Under the pieces are notes generated by a model. It was not told where the DNA came from and ran no database searches. It was given only the letters and a program-made list of their open reading frames with translations. From Azolla caroliniana (taxonomy: Eukaryota; Plantae; Polypodiophyta), in NCBI GenBank assembly GCA_043228905.1, contig JBHGNT010000017.1:930001-994000 (forward strand): a stretch of 64,000 bases of DNA, read 5' to 3'. The first letter of the stretch is position 1; each line of letters opens with the position of its first letter. Of the stretch, positions 13,351 through 25,744 are shown piece after piece. Both the position numbers and the translations under genes were made by a program.

Positions 13351-14479
13351 CTAAACAAGAAAACTGTATATTACCTCCAACAACAACTAAGTTACAAAGG
13401 GTTGGTTTAAATACCAACTAGTCTAGGGCAAATGCCCTTTCTACTAATTACAGAAATGTCCTAGTAAGTTGTCCACTGCCTAGTGTGAACACTATTCCTA
13501 TGGGAAGTTGAGTTCGATTCTCAAGACCGTCCCATCCAATTATGTTTCCTTTTTTACCATCTCTTGCATTTCCATTTGAGGTGTTGACCAAATGTAACTT
13601 TGTGGTACACAATATTCCAATGACCAAGCAAGATCAATTTCATTATGAGCACAAATTGTCAATGAACAAAAAATACTATGAAGATAAAGTTAATATCATA
13701 TTCTCTTTCCCCAGTTGATGTGAAGGCCATTAAGGAAAAGATGGTGCAAACATGCCTCAAAATTCATTTTTAATATATGCCCTCATAATGAGATACACTA
13801 CATGATGCTCTTGGTAGAAGAAAACCACACGAAGAATAGAAACCTCTAGGATGGGAAATCAAATGTCATAATCACACATAGACAATGGTAACCGTTGTGG
13901 TTGAGGAACAACACATATCATGGAATCTTGTTTTGTTGATGCTATGACAATTTGAACTTGTTCAAATTGTATATGATTGGGTGTAAACCAATAATAATCC
14001 TACTTGATAGTAATTTAAAGCTATTGGTGGACTCTGCGTTCCTCATTCACAATTTGTGCATCATAGGAATCTTGATCTACTTAACAATCACCAATTTGGA
14101 TCTTAGCCACGTGGTCAACTTAGCTCATTAATGAAGACGTTGCATGTTGAGCACTTGCATTGGGTTGAGTGGATGATGCGAGACATCAATGAACATTGTG
14201 GGTCGCGTCACATATCCATTCATTGTCTGACCAACACTAAGTTATTTGTAATAGTGGGAATACACAAAACATTCTTTATGTATTTCCAATTCCAATTATC
14301 AAGCTTGAATGAAACATATTTAATGTGGCAAATCGGTTGCATACATGTTTTGTCGCTTATCTCATATATCTTGACAACTCGAGAGTTCGCAAGTCACAAA
14401 CCATTTGCATGACACGTGTTATGGTTACATTCACTTGAGTCAACAAACTACACATCACTTGCCATATAGTCTTCATAGG

Positions 14480-15864
14480 CATGGTCGGTCACGACGTAGT
14501 TTGTGTGTTTTTGATCGTTGGTGGCATGATCACTATTTTCTGTGAGACAATTCACCTCGATGTGGTCAAATTGTTTCATTAACTATGATTTCAAGATCAT
14601 TTTTCAACTTGGGGCACAACATGGGAAGGTTGATATCATTTTTAAATGGTAAGATTGAATCAAACTTCACCTAGGGGATGACTCTAATATTGGATGCTTA
14701 ATTGGATGGGAACGCTTGTACTAGGGCGAATTTTGTTAAGGAACTTCACCTACGAGACAACATTGGAAGTTTGCAAAGGAATTCATCAAGATTTGAGGTG
14801 TATTTCTCGCGCCAAGGGGGGTCACCATCTCCATCAATTTTATCACTAACCTACCACACTCAATATGTATAACTTGGTTATGGTGATCATCGACAAGTTT
14901 ATGAAGATGGCTGAATTTGCTCCATGTTTAAAAAACATCTCAAGAGCGGAGATGACATAGTGCTTTTTAAAAATGTAATTCAACTACATGGCTTACCAAA
15001 TGATATCACCTTTGATTCCATGTCTTAATTCTTTAGACGACTCCTTTAGACATTTGGCACTTCTATGAACCTTTCCTCCGAATACCACCCATAAACCAAT
15101 GGCCAAACCCAAGAACAATACCTATGGTGCACTATCAAACCAACATGTGGATTGGATCGACTTTCTCCCAATGGTTGAGCTCGTATACAACACTCTCCAT
15201 GATTCCATGGGGGCCACCCCATTATTTTGTAAATTACGGTTTCCATCCTCGCTGCAACATTTCCGTATGTTGGACGAGGAACATGCCCACATCCAACATA
15301 GTGTACGAGAGGGATTGCCCCTACATCCCCACCTCTGCAAGATGTGGAGTTGAAGAGTATGAAGTTGACAGGATACTCTAATGTCATATGTGTCATTGAC
15401 AACAAAATATCGTCTTATGGAAAGGATATCCCATAATAGAAACTGATCAAACAATTAATCAAATGCACATGAGGTGATTCGTAATTTCCACCTATAATAC
15501 CCAAAAAAGCTAACAAACGCTATGGGAAGCCGACCCCTAAAGGGAGGTTAATGTCACAATAAAGATTCAAACTTAAACTTTTCCCCCACACAAGGATAAC
15601 CTTAACCCCTTGACTTCACTTTTTTGCACATTTTACATTGATAGTTGTTCTTATATATTATAGAATCCATGAGGGCATGCACATCTTTAGAACTTTCTTT
15701 CTAGAATCCTCTAGAGTATGCACGTCTCTAGAATTCTATTTGCATGCGTATACAATGTGTAAATATGTGTTCCTCTTTATTACAATCACGGTTAACAACA
15801 CAAGTTACAAAATTCATGGTTCAAGTCATTTGTTCTTGATCTCTTCCTTCTTAATCATTTGACA
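14480..15864 (+). mobile_element. Degenerate 3' end of an older chromovirus (integrase, chromodomain, PPT, 3' LTR 15552-15864)
   Basis: FITNLP..VIIDKFMKMAEFAPC, YHP.TNGQT, EEYEVDRIL..WKGYP. PPT AAGGGAGG is followed by an LTR with TGTCA...TGACA ends. Confidence 0.8.
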
Positions 15865-16859
15865 TTATATTTTCTTCTCTCTTCCCACCTCACTTGATTT
15901 GAGAATATTGACCTTTCAAATCTCATATCTCCCTCATTTGGAGTTGGAATCAGACAAGGTCTGAGTTGTTTTGGGGGTTTTGGTGCCGTTCGGATGCATT
16001 GAGCATGTCATATTCACTCAAATATGAGTGGAGTGCAGACTTCAGGACCTGCCTATTTCGACCTAAGTTGTGAGACACCATGTTTGCTCATCTGATTAAC
16101 TTTGTTAGACCTCTCTACATTTCAACACATAGTAGCAGTTCTACCACATTATTGTTGTCAAGGATGGCTCAATCATCTTCTGTATGGAATAAGAAGAGGA
16201 AGTAATAATAAAAGATCCCGTAGATACAAAATGGCTTCAGGATAGTCTAATAGAGGACTTTGCATAGCCCAGAAAGGCATGGGATGGGCCTTTGCCAAGC
16301 AAGACATTTACTATCCCATCACAAGACTTGTTCAATCCTTTAAAAGTGTACATGTCAAATGCTATTATTATCTTTTTCCTTGGGAAGGTTCCTTCTGTAA
16401 ATGACATCGCTCAATGGATAAATGCAATGTTTAAAGTCTATGTAGTTAGTGAGTTTATTTTGTTGTTAGAGGCTTTTACAAAGTGTTGCTATCAGAACTG
16501 AAGTACAAAACTCAATTACTTGAAGAATCTCCTTTAACGTATAGAGATCAAATGGTTCATGCATTGCCATGGTCGTTAACAAAAGACTATCAAAGGCTAA
16601 TTCATCACAAATGTCCTATCTAGGTGGAAGTGCTTGACTTTCCACGAAATTGGAATCACTTATTACCTACAATTGCAGATGGAATGGGGAGAGTAGTATT
16701 CCCCCAAAAAACTACAAGTACTTTTAATAGATTTTGCATTCTTTGGGACACAAATGTTCCGATCTTGGAAGTATCACCCTCAACTCGGATGATCCAACTA
16801 TTGGTGCAAGACGTTTCAAGCTGAAATGGGGCAAATTTGCAGGTGCATATTACACATGT

Positions 16860-17168
16860 TGTCATGATATGGCAAGACTTGAACCCATGACCTTATGTTA
16901 CATGGGTCGAGCTCTTCACCATTATAGCATCTATTGTAATACGAAAAATATTATGTTCATTTAAGTTTTATTATAAAAAATTGATGTATATTCCAGATTT
17001 CTCTGGAACATTCTAGAAACTTCAGGAGTACTCCTAAGAACACTATAAAAGGAGGCATAAGGCATTATTTCGAACCAAATCGGTTCAACGCCAGTCTTAA
17101 GCCTCCTTGCCTTCCTTGTATATTCTTCTCACATAATAGATCGTTGTCATCATCATTTTCTCTCCCTC

Positions 17169-17206
<38 letters not shown>

Positions 17207-17298
17207 TCTCTCGAGTGTTCTACACCCTCTATTCCTCTTAGTACTAATATTCCTCTCTTAGTACTAATTTCTTCTCTGTCTCAGTACTATTCCTGACA
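16860..17298 (+). repeat. 5' LTR of element A
   Basis: Direct repeat of 28559-28951; TATAAAA at 17044; (CT)n tract. Confidence 0.95.
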
Positions 17299-19314
17299 GT
17301 TTGAACTGATTTTCCCTCCTCCTTCCGTCTCCTCCTTTCCTCCTCTTCTTTTTATCTTCTTACATATCCCCTTTTTTCCGGTCTTCTTTCCGGTTTCCCT
17401 CATCTTCTTACCCCTTTTTTCCCTTCATACTAATCCTCTTATCCTCCCTAGTAATATGGAAACTGTTAGCTCTCAGGAATACCAATCTATTTTCTCGGAG
17501 CTCTAGTGCTTAAAAGAGAAATTTGTAGCACTAGAACAAGAAAATCACCGTTTGTTGGGGGATCAACAAATAGTGCTGGAAAAACAACAACACAGGGAGC
17601 TAATGTTACGTGTACAATAACTCGAAGTGACTATTGTATCACTACAACAACAAGGATCAAGCACTCAAGGGATTTACAAAGAACCCAAGATTGGTCTTCC
17701 TGCAAAATTTGATGGGACCCGATCACAGTTTAGAGGTTTTTTGAATCAGATACATTTAGTGATTCAAATGCATCCTTCTCGATATCCCACCGATGCATCA
17801 TGAGTGGGACTAGTAGGCACTCTACTTAGTGGCTCAATATTGGCATGGTTCGCTTCGTTGTTAGAAAAGGAATCTCCATTACTAAACAATTTTGAAGAAT
17901 TTATAAGCAAGTTTAAAGCATGTTTTGGAGATACTAACAACAATCAACAAAATCCGACGATTACACTAAGGTGATTGTCCAGCCTCCGCATACACTTCAG
18001 ATTTTTGCCTACTCGCCGCCGATATCCCTTGGGATGATCAAGCATTGATGGAGCAATTTCGTTATGGTTTACACAATGATGTCAAGGATTTACTCTTGAC
18101 CTTCCCCGAAGAACCAAAGTCATTAACAAAAGCAATCAGTGGCGCAGTGAGATGTGACACCGCCTTTTCGAATGACGTTCGGAACGGCAATTCCAGATGC
18201 CGAGGGCAAGATCAGAACCCACCTACGCCTCAATGGTAGCGAAACCTTTTCCGAGGGAGTCATATCATGCGTCTCTAGTGAATACTCCGACTTCGATGGA
18301 GATTGATACTACATGTCGTCGCGAACCATTATTGGAAGAAGAAAAGTAGCAACGTCGAGCAAATCGACTATGTCTTGATTGCGGTGGACCAGGGCATATT
18401 GTAGGTAAATTGTCCCCATAGGCCAAGAAGACAAGTAAACCAAATAGTTGCTAGTTCTAATTGTACTAAACCCGAGTCTATTTCAATAGGAATATCTGAT
18501 AGTCCTAATAGTACTAATAGCCCAAATCTAGTGAACAAATTTGATGTCCTTAGTCAGTTAGAAGAAGAGTTAAACGACTAAGTCCAGCCAAAATAGGAGC
18601 CGTTTGGTTGGACAACCTTAGATTTATGCAACCCATTAGTGGTTCTATTCCCTCTAAGCAAGTTAGCAATGTGTTCGTAGCCCAAGTAACAGTTAGTACT
18701 AAAAGTACCCCTCCAGTACATGTCTTAGCACTTCTAGATTCCGGAGCTAATTCTTGCTTCATGGATAGGAATTTTGCCCAATCTCATCAGATATCTCTCA
18801 AAAAACTCCTGTGTACATCCTCTGCAGTAGTCATTGATGGTCATCCCATTGCTTCCGGAAATATCATAGAAAAGTCAGAGCCCGTTAATATTTTCCTAGA
18901 TGTCATGAACATCGACTCGAATGTGAACCTTAGGCCCTTGCATATATATTTCTCCTAGACAAACTTTAGACTTCAAACCTTTGTATAAAGAGTGGTATGT
19001 AAGACCTAGTATGTAAGACTCAGTATGTAAGACTCAGTATGTAAGACTTTGGCATGCAAAAATTAGTATGCTTGATATTATAGTATGTAAGACTTGGCAT
19101 GAGCATGCTTATCATGCATCACTACATGTATAAAAAGGGTTGATCTCCCTTGTTAACATCAAGGAGATCAATACCAGTCATGGAATAGATATTTTTACTC
19201 ATTGTCAGCAACTTCTCGATCTCCCTATCTCATCAACTTCCCCATCTCTTTACCCCCAATTGTTCATCTGTGACAGATTGATCTCCTTCTTTCCTTCTTT
19301 CTCAATACACTATC

Positions 19315-20300
19315 ATGTCAGAATCATCTAGTAATCTTGAGCAAATTTTGGCGGTCGTGCAACAACTCCAACATGAAAATGCGAACTTGCGAAACTTTGT
19401 TCAAGAACTTCAGATAGCCACACCGGTTATACCTCACCCGATTGTTGACCCTTATGTTGTAGAACCCAATGTCAGCTTGCCAGACAAATTTGATGGAACA
19501 AGGCAACGACTAAGAGGTTTCATCAACCAAATCCGCCTTATTATTCTTCTTCAGCCTCGACACTATTCCGATGACTTTCAACAAGTTGGGCTCATCGGCA
19601 TGTTGCTGACAAGACAAGCACAAGCTTGGTTTGCCCCTCTAGTGGAGACCTCTTCACCTCTCTTGAATGATTTCCAAGCATTTCTTACCGAATTTGAGGC
19701 AACTTTTGGGGAGACCGACAAACGACGAGCCACACTCAACAAACTATATGCGTTACAACAAGGCGATCGTGCAACATCAATCTATGCATCCGAATTTCGT
19801 CAACTCGCGTGCGATGTCGAGTGGGATGGACAAGCCCTCCTCGATCAATTCCGCCGAGGATTATGAGGTGAGATAAAAAATCTTTTACTTAATTTTCCTG
19901 AGCCCACATCTTTAAATGAAGCTATTTCCCAAGTTGTGCGTTGCGATAATCGTCTCTTTGAGTTCCGGCAAGAGGAATGTCCTCACCGGATCCATCCACC
20001 TTGGCTAGCCGCTATGCGAAGTCACCTACCATGGTTGATGACACCGCCTCCCATGTCATCCTCCACTTCATCTTCAACTCCCGCCACAAATTCTAGCTCG
20101 CCAATGGAGATCGATCGAATTCGCTATCGACCATTGACTAATGCGCAACGACAACATCGACATGCCAACAATTTATGTCTCTATTGTGGCAGCCCTGACC
20201 ATTTGATCCACTGTTGCCCAAAAAAGGGACCCCGTCAAACACCACACGTGTGGATGGGGTTGACATTTTCGGCCAACAGGAAAACTCCAATGTCCAGTTG
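19315..20300 (+). pseudogene. gag: gag of element B (interrupted by stop at 19864)
   Basis: ORFs 19315-19866 and 19936 onward; retrotransposon gag motifs and a CCHC knuckle. Confidence 0.9.
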
Positions 20301-23300
20301 CAGTACGGGCTGTGCATCTGGACCACAAGAGTCGACAATTATGTCAAGGGCCCAATCAACCGACTTCCTCGACAACAAGTTTCATGATTCTGATCACTCT
20401 TCGGTTTGACTCTACCACTCTAAAGACATAAGCTTTGTTGGATTCTGGGGCTACGTCGTGCTTTATTGACATCATGTTTGCACGGAAACACAACATTCCA
20501 AGCAACAAATTAACTGTCCCGATTCCAGTTTGACAAGTGATTGATGGTCGAATGCTCTCTTCTGGTGCCATCACAAATACAACAATTCGTCTCCACATAG
20601 GAGCCCACCAAGAAGAAATCACTTTTAACCTCATCACATCACCTCAACATCCTATCATCTTGGGGTTATCATGGCTCGAAACCCACAATCCAGTCGTGGA
20701 TTGGCAATCTCGCTCCATCAATTTCACCTTGAATTTTCACTCACAAGGTATTACGTCCACCCTTCTTCGAGCCAATGCTCCGCCATTTGTTTGGCCGCCT
20801 ACTCTGGTGAGGACCGTCTCAACGGTTGCTCCCACTCATGTTTTGGGGACAACTCCCGTTTCTGCTCCAGTGAGAACCACATCAATGGTTGCTCCGATTC
20901 TAGTTTCTGCTCTAGTGAGGACCGCATCAACGGTCGCTCCCCCCCATTTTTCAGGGGCAACTCCCATTTCTGCTCCGGTGAGGACCAGGTTATCGGTCGC
21001 TCCCATTTCCTCTTCAACAAGAACCATGTCAGCGGTTGCTCCAATAGAAACAACATCAATAGTTAGTCCTGTGTCAACCTCAGAAACAGTTCCAACTCTT
21101 GCTCGGGTAAGCGATACAATGTTGATTGCATCCATTTCTAATTCTAAGGACATGGCGGTCATGTCCACTCCAGATACTACCCAATGTACTAGCTCTTTTC
21201 CATCAAAATACAATGATTTCTCTGATGTATTTGAGAAGAAAAATGTTGATCACCTGCCCGAACATCGCCCATATGATTGTCCAATTGACTTGAAAGATTG
21301 TGCTTGTCCTCCATTTGGCCCTATCTATGGGTTATCTGAACCTAAACTCAAGATCCTCAATATATACATTGAAGAGAATCTCGCAAAGGGATTCATTCGC
21401 CACTCAAAATCTCCAGCAGGTTCTCCTATTCTATTTGTCAAAAAGAAAGATGGAACGTTGCGCCTATGTATCGACTATCGCGGGCTCAATCGAGTCACGG
21501 TTCGAAACCACTATCCACTACCTCTAATCCCCGAACTCCTCGATCGACTTCGAGTTGGGCGTATATTCTCCAAAATTGATCTCAAAGGCGCCTACAACTT
21601 GGTGCATATCAAGCCTGGAGATGAGTGGAAAACGACATTTCGAACCAGGTATGGGCATTTTGAATACATGGTAATGCCATTTGGTCTCACAAATGCTCAT
21701 GCCGTTTTCCAACATATGATGAATGACATCTTCCGAGAATATGTAGACCAATTTGTGGTCATCTATCTCGACGACATACTTATCTTCTCACGGGACTACA
21801 TAGAGCACACCAAGCACGTTCAACTTATCTTGACCAAACTTCGGGAACATGGACTTTATGCGAAACCCGAAAAGTGTGAGTTTGATCAAACCTCAGTTGA
21901 ATTCCTCGAGTATGTCATTTCATTTGATGGTATCACTATGGACGAGAAGAAAGTCGAAACGGTTCAACAGTGGGAAGTCCCCACCAGGGTCAAGGATGTG
22001 CAATCATTTTTGGGTTTTGCCAACTTTTATCGTCGATTCATTCAAGGATTCTCTACATTGGTGCAACCACTTATAGCACTCACTTGGAAGGATTCCCCTT
22101 TTTGCTGGACTCCCACAACCCAAATAGCATTCGAGACACTAAAAAAAGCTTTTACCTCGACTTCGGTACTTCTACACCCAGATCTGACCAAACCATTTAT
22201 GATCGAAACTGATGCCTCTGACTTCGCCATCGGTGCCATTCTCTCTCAATCAGATAACAATGGGATTCTTCATCCTATTTAGCAATGGGCACGGTTCGGT
22301 TTGGTTTCAAGGCAATAAAACCGAGCCGAACCGAAACCGAACCGTTTATTGAAAACAAAAACCAAACCAAACCGTTTATGAACTCTCTCTATTTAAACCA
22401 AACCATTTAAAAAAAAGTTAAAACCAAACAGTTTAGGGAAAAGTTGAAACCAAACCGAACCATTTAATAAAAAAATTTAAACCTAACCACTTAAGTCAAA
22501 CTAATTAAATATCTAAATAAACAAAAATACATTTAATTAAATAAGTACTCAAGTTAAATCTATTAAATAAACAAAAGAAACTTTAATTGAACCATTAAAT
22601 TAAATAAACATTTAAGTTAAATTAATTAAATCAATAAAAATCATTAATTAAACCATTAAATCAATAAACTATTAACGTAAAAGATAAAAAAGTTAACCAA
22701 AAACCTTTAAACCAAACCTATAAACCTATAAACCTATAAACCCGAGTTCTAGAACCAAACCAAACCGAAACTGAACCATTTATCGAAAATCCAAACCAAA
22801 CCAAACCATTAAATTTTTTTGGAACCAATAAACCCTTAAACCATGGCTTAACGGTTCGGTTCAGCTTGAGCCAAAACCGTGCCCATTGCTAATCCTGTTG
22901 CCTTTTATTCTCGAAAGTTCACATCTCCTGAGATCAACTACCCAGTTTATGACAAAGAACTCTTTGCCATTATTGCAGCCTTTGAAGAATGGTGTCCTTA
23001 CTTAGCAGGCGCCCAACACCGTGTCCAAGTGGTGACCGATCACAAGAACCTCGTCTACTTCACCACTACTTGCATTTTGAACCGGAGGCAAGCGTGATGG
23101 TCGACCTTCTTGGCTGACTATGACTTTCAAATTATTTTACATCTCGGTGCCCAACATGATAAAGTCGATGCCCTATCTCGGCGTTCAGAATTCGAAATTC
23201 GACCAGGAGATGAGACCTACAATCAACAATCATGTTGTCTCCTACAACCACATTAGATTCAGCTCTTTGCAGCTTATATGGGTACAGATGAATCATTACT

Positions 23301-24742
23301 CAATGCAATAGCCACAGATACTACCACCGACAAATTTGCAAAAGAAATTAAGGATAATTGAGTCAACAAATCAACCATAAAGGAGGTACGAAATAGTCAA
23401 GAACAATTTATGTTTCGAGATGGTTTTCTTTTTCGGAACAACTTAATGTATGTCCCAGATGGTCCTTATCGTATCTGTATCATGAAGGAATGCCATGATG
23501 ACGCCCTGGTGGGACATTTTGGCGTTGCAAAAACTTTGGAGTTAATCTCTAGAAGTTATTGTTGGCCACAACCTTGGAAACTTGTTAAACAATTTGTGAA
23601 AACATGTGATACATGTGCCCGCGCCAAAGTAGTACATCATCGTCCCTACGATCTACTTCAACCTTTGCCAATTCCAAGTAGGCCATGGGCCTCCATCTTG
23701 ACGGATTTTATCACCGACCTTCCCGACATTGAGGGATTCAATTCAATATTAGTGGTGGTGGATAGATTCACAAAGATGGCACATTTTATTCCATGTTCTA
23801 AAGCAATTTCAGGGATGGAAACAACGGATCTATTGTTAACAAATATTGTGCACCTTCATGGTTTATCGGATGACATTATCTCTGATCGTGGTCCCCAATT
23901 TATGTCTCATTTCTGGAAGCGCCTCTTGGAACTTCCACAAAATTTTCGACAACCTTCCATCCTGAGACAGACGGCCAAACGGAACGAGTAAATCAGATCC
24001 TAGAGCAATATCTCCGATGTATGATAAGTTATCAACAAGATGATTGGATCAAATTTCTTCCAATGGCTGAGTTCGCCTACTACAATACTCTCCACACATA
24101 AACTAGTGTAACACCCTTCTTCGCAAATTATGGATTCCACCCACGCTTTAGTATAGCTATCCCTGCTGGTTCTATGAATCCATCTGTTGAAGAACGAGCT
24201 CGTCTAATAAAGAAGTGCATCATGACCTATCCCTAGAACTCTCAATTGCTCAAGAACGACACAAAGAGAAGGTTGATCAACATCGACAGGTTGCGCCTGA
24301 TTTTAAAGTCGGTGACATGGTATGGCTATTACGTCAGCATATTCCGACAACTCGCCCATGCAACAAACTTGATAACAAAAAGTTGGGGCCATTCCACAAC
24401 ATTGATAAAGTCAACACTGTGGCTTTCCGTCTTGCTCTTCCATCATACTACCGAATTCACAATGTCTTCCATGCATCACTTCTTGAGCTCTATCATCCAT
24501 CCTCAATTCCAGGAAGAAGCATCGAGCCACCTCCCCCTATGGCTTTGGCAACCGGGGATGAGTATGAAGTCGAGACCATTCTGGACTCATGCAAGAGCCA
24601 ACGAAAGCTCTAGTATCTGGTATTGTGGAAAGGATATCCCATCTCTGAGGCTACATGGGAGCCCGCTAGAAATTTACTAAATGCCCCGGAAGTGGTTCAT
24701 GATTTTCATCTCCGATATCCTAATAAATCCGAACCTTCTTGA
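20279..24742 (+). pseudogene. pol: pol of element B (PR-RT-RH-INT-chromodomain), interrupted by stops, frameshifts and a MITE
   Basis: ORFs 20537-22282, 22879-23097, 23410-23991 and 24215-24613 carry canonical motifs in Ty3 domain order. Confidence 0.93.
22280..22891. mobile_element. hAT-type MITE (612 bp) inserted in the RNase H of element B
   Basis: TIR TAGCAATGGGCACGG...CCGTGCCCATTGCTA and 8-bp TSD ATCCTATT/ATCCTGTT. AT-rich core with AAACCG subterminal repeats. Removal restores [12 protein letters not shown]. Confidence 0.95.
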
Positions 24743-25400
24743 AGTCGGCACTTAAGGGGAGGATAATGTCATGAACATCGTCTCAAATGTGAACCTTAGG
24801 CTACATGGGAGCCCGCTAGAAATTTACTAAATGCCCCGGAAGTGGTTCATGATTTTCATCTCCGATATCCTCACAAATCCGAACCTTCTTGAAGTTGGCA
24901 CTTAAGGGGAGGATAATGTCATGAACATCGTCTCGAATGTGAACCTTAGGCTACATGGGAGCCTGCTAGAAATTTGCTAAATGCCCCAGAAGTGGTTCAT
25001 GATTTTCATCTCCGATATCCTCATAAATTCGAACCTTCTTGAAGTCGACACTTAAGGGGAGGATAATGTCATGAACATCGTCTCGAATGTGAACCTTAGG
25101 CTACATGGGAGCCCGCTAGAAATTTACTAAATGCCCCGGAAGTGGTTCATGATTTTCATCTCCGACATCCTCACAAATCCGAACCTTCTTGAAGTTGGCA
25201 CTTAAGGGAAGGATAATGTCATGAACATCGTCTCGAATGTGAACCTTAGGCTACATGGGAGCCCGCTAGAAATTTACTAAATGCCCCGGAAGTGGTTCAT
25301 GATTTTCATCTCCGATATCCTCACAAATCCGAACCTTCTTGAAGTCGACACTTAAGGGGAGGATAATGTCATGAACATCGTCTCGAATGTGAACCTTAGG
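24651..25400 (+). repeat. 5 x 150-bp tandem array (chromodomain end + PPT + first 34 bp of LTR)
   Basis: Units start at 24651, 24801, 24951, 25101 and 25251 and are nearly identical. Confidence 0.97.
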
Positions 25401-25744
25401 CCCTTGTATATATATTTCTCCTAGACAAACTTTAGACTTCAAACCTTTGTATAAAGAATGGTATGTAAGACCTAGTATGTAAGACCAGTATGTAAGACTC
25501 AGTATTTAAGACTTGGCATGCAAGAATTAGTATGCTTGATATTATAGTATGTAAGACTTGGCATGAGCATGCTTATCATGCATCACTACATGTATAAAAA
25601 AGGTTGATCTCCCTTGTTAACATCAAGGAGATCAACACCAGTCATGGAATATATATTTTTACTCATTGTCATCAACTTCTCGATCTCCCTATCTCATCAA
25701 CTTCCCCATCTCTTTACCCCCAAGTGTTCATCCGTGACACTAGA

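Larger units (their letters stand above)
18901..25739 (+). mobile_element. Ty3/gypsy chromovirus B nested in the protease of element A; LTRs 18901-19275 and 25367-25739; TSD CTAGA
   Basis: Paired LTRs and TSD CTAGA (18896-18900, 25740-25744). Gag 19315-~20300 (LPDKFDG, CLYCGSPDHLIHCC). Protease ALLDSGA ~20432, RT YLDD, RNase H ETDASDFAIG, integrase (CHDD..GH..CDTC; DF..D; SDRGPQF), chromodomain EYEVETIL..WKGYP, PPT AAGGGGAGGA. Confidence 0.97.

Noticed and set aside
20671-21213. Overlapping alternative-frame and antisense ORFs in element B
   Set aside because: Explained by the stop-poor tandem repeat in the PR-RT spacer.
20537-22282. Domesticated retrotransposon gene (PEG10/RTL-like)
   Set aside because: It lies within paired LTRs with a TSD and is broken by stops and a MITE, so it is a decaying element.
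24651-25400. CRISPR-like regular array
   Set aside because: The whole 150-bp unit repeats with no unique spacers, it derives from retrotransposon sequence, and the context is eukaryotic with no cas genes.
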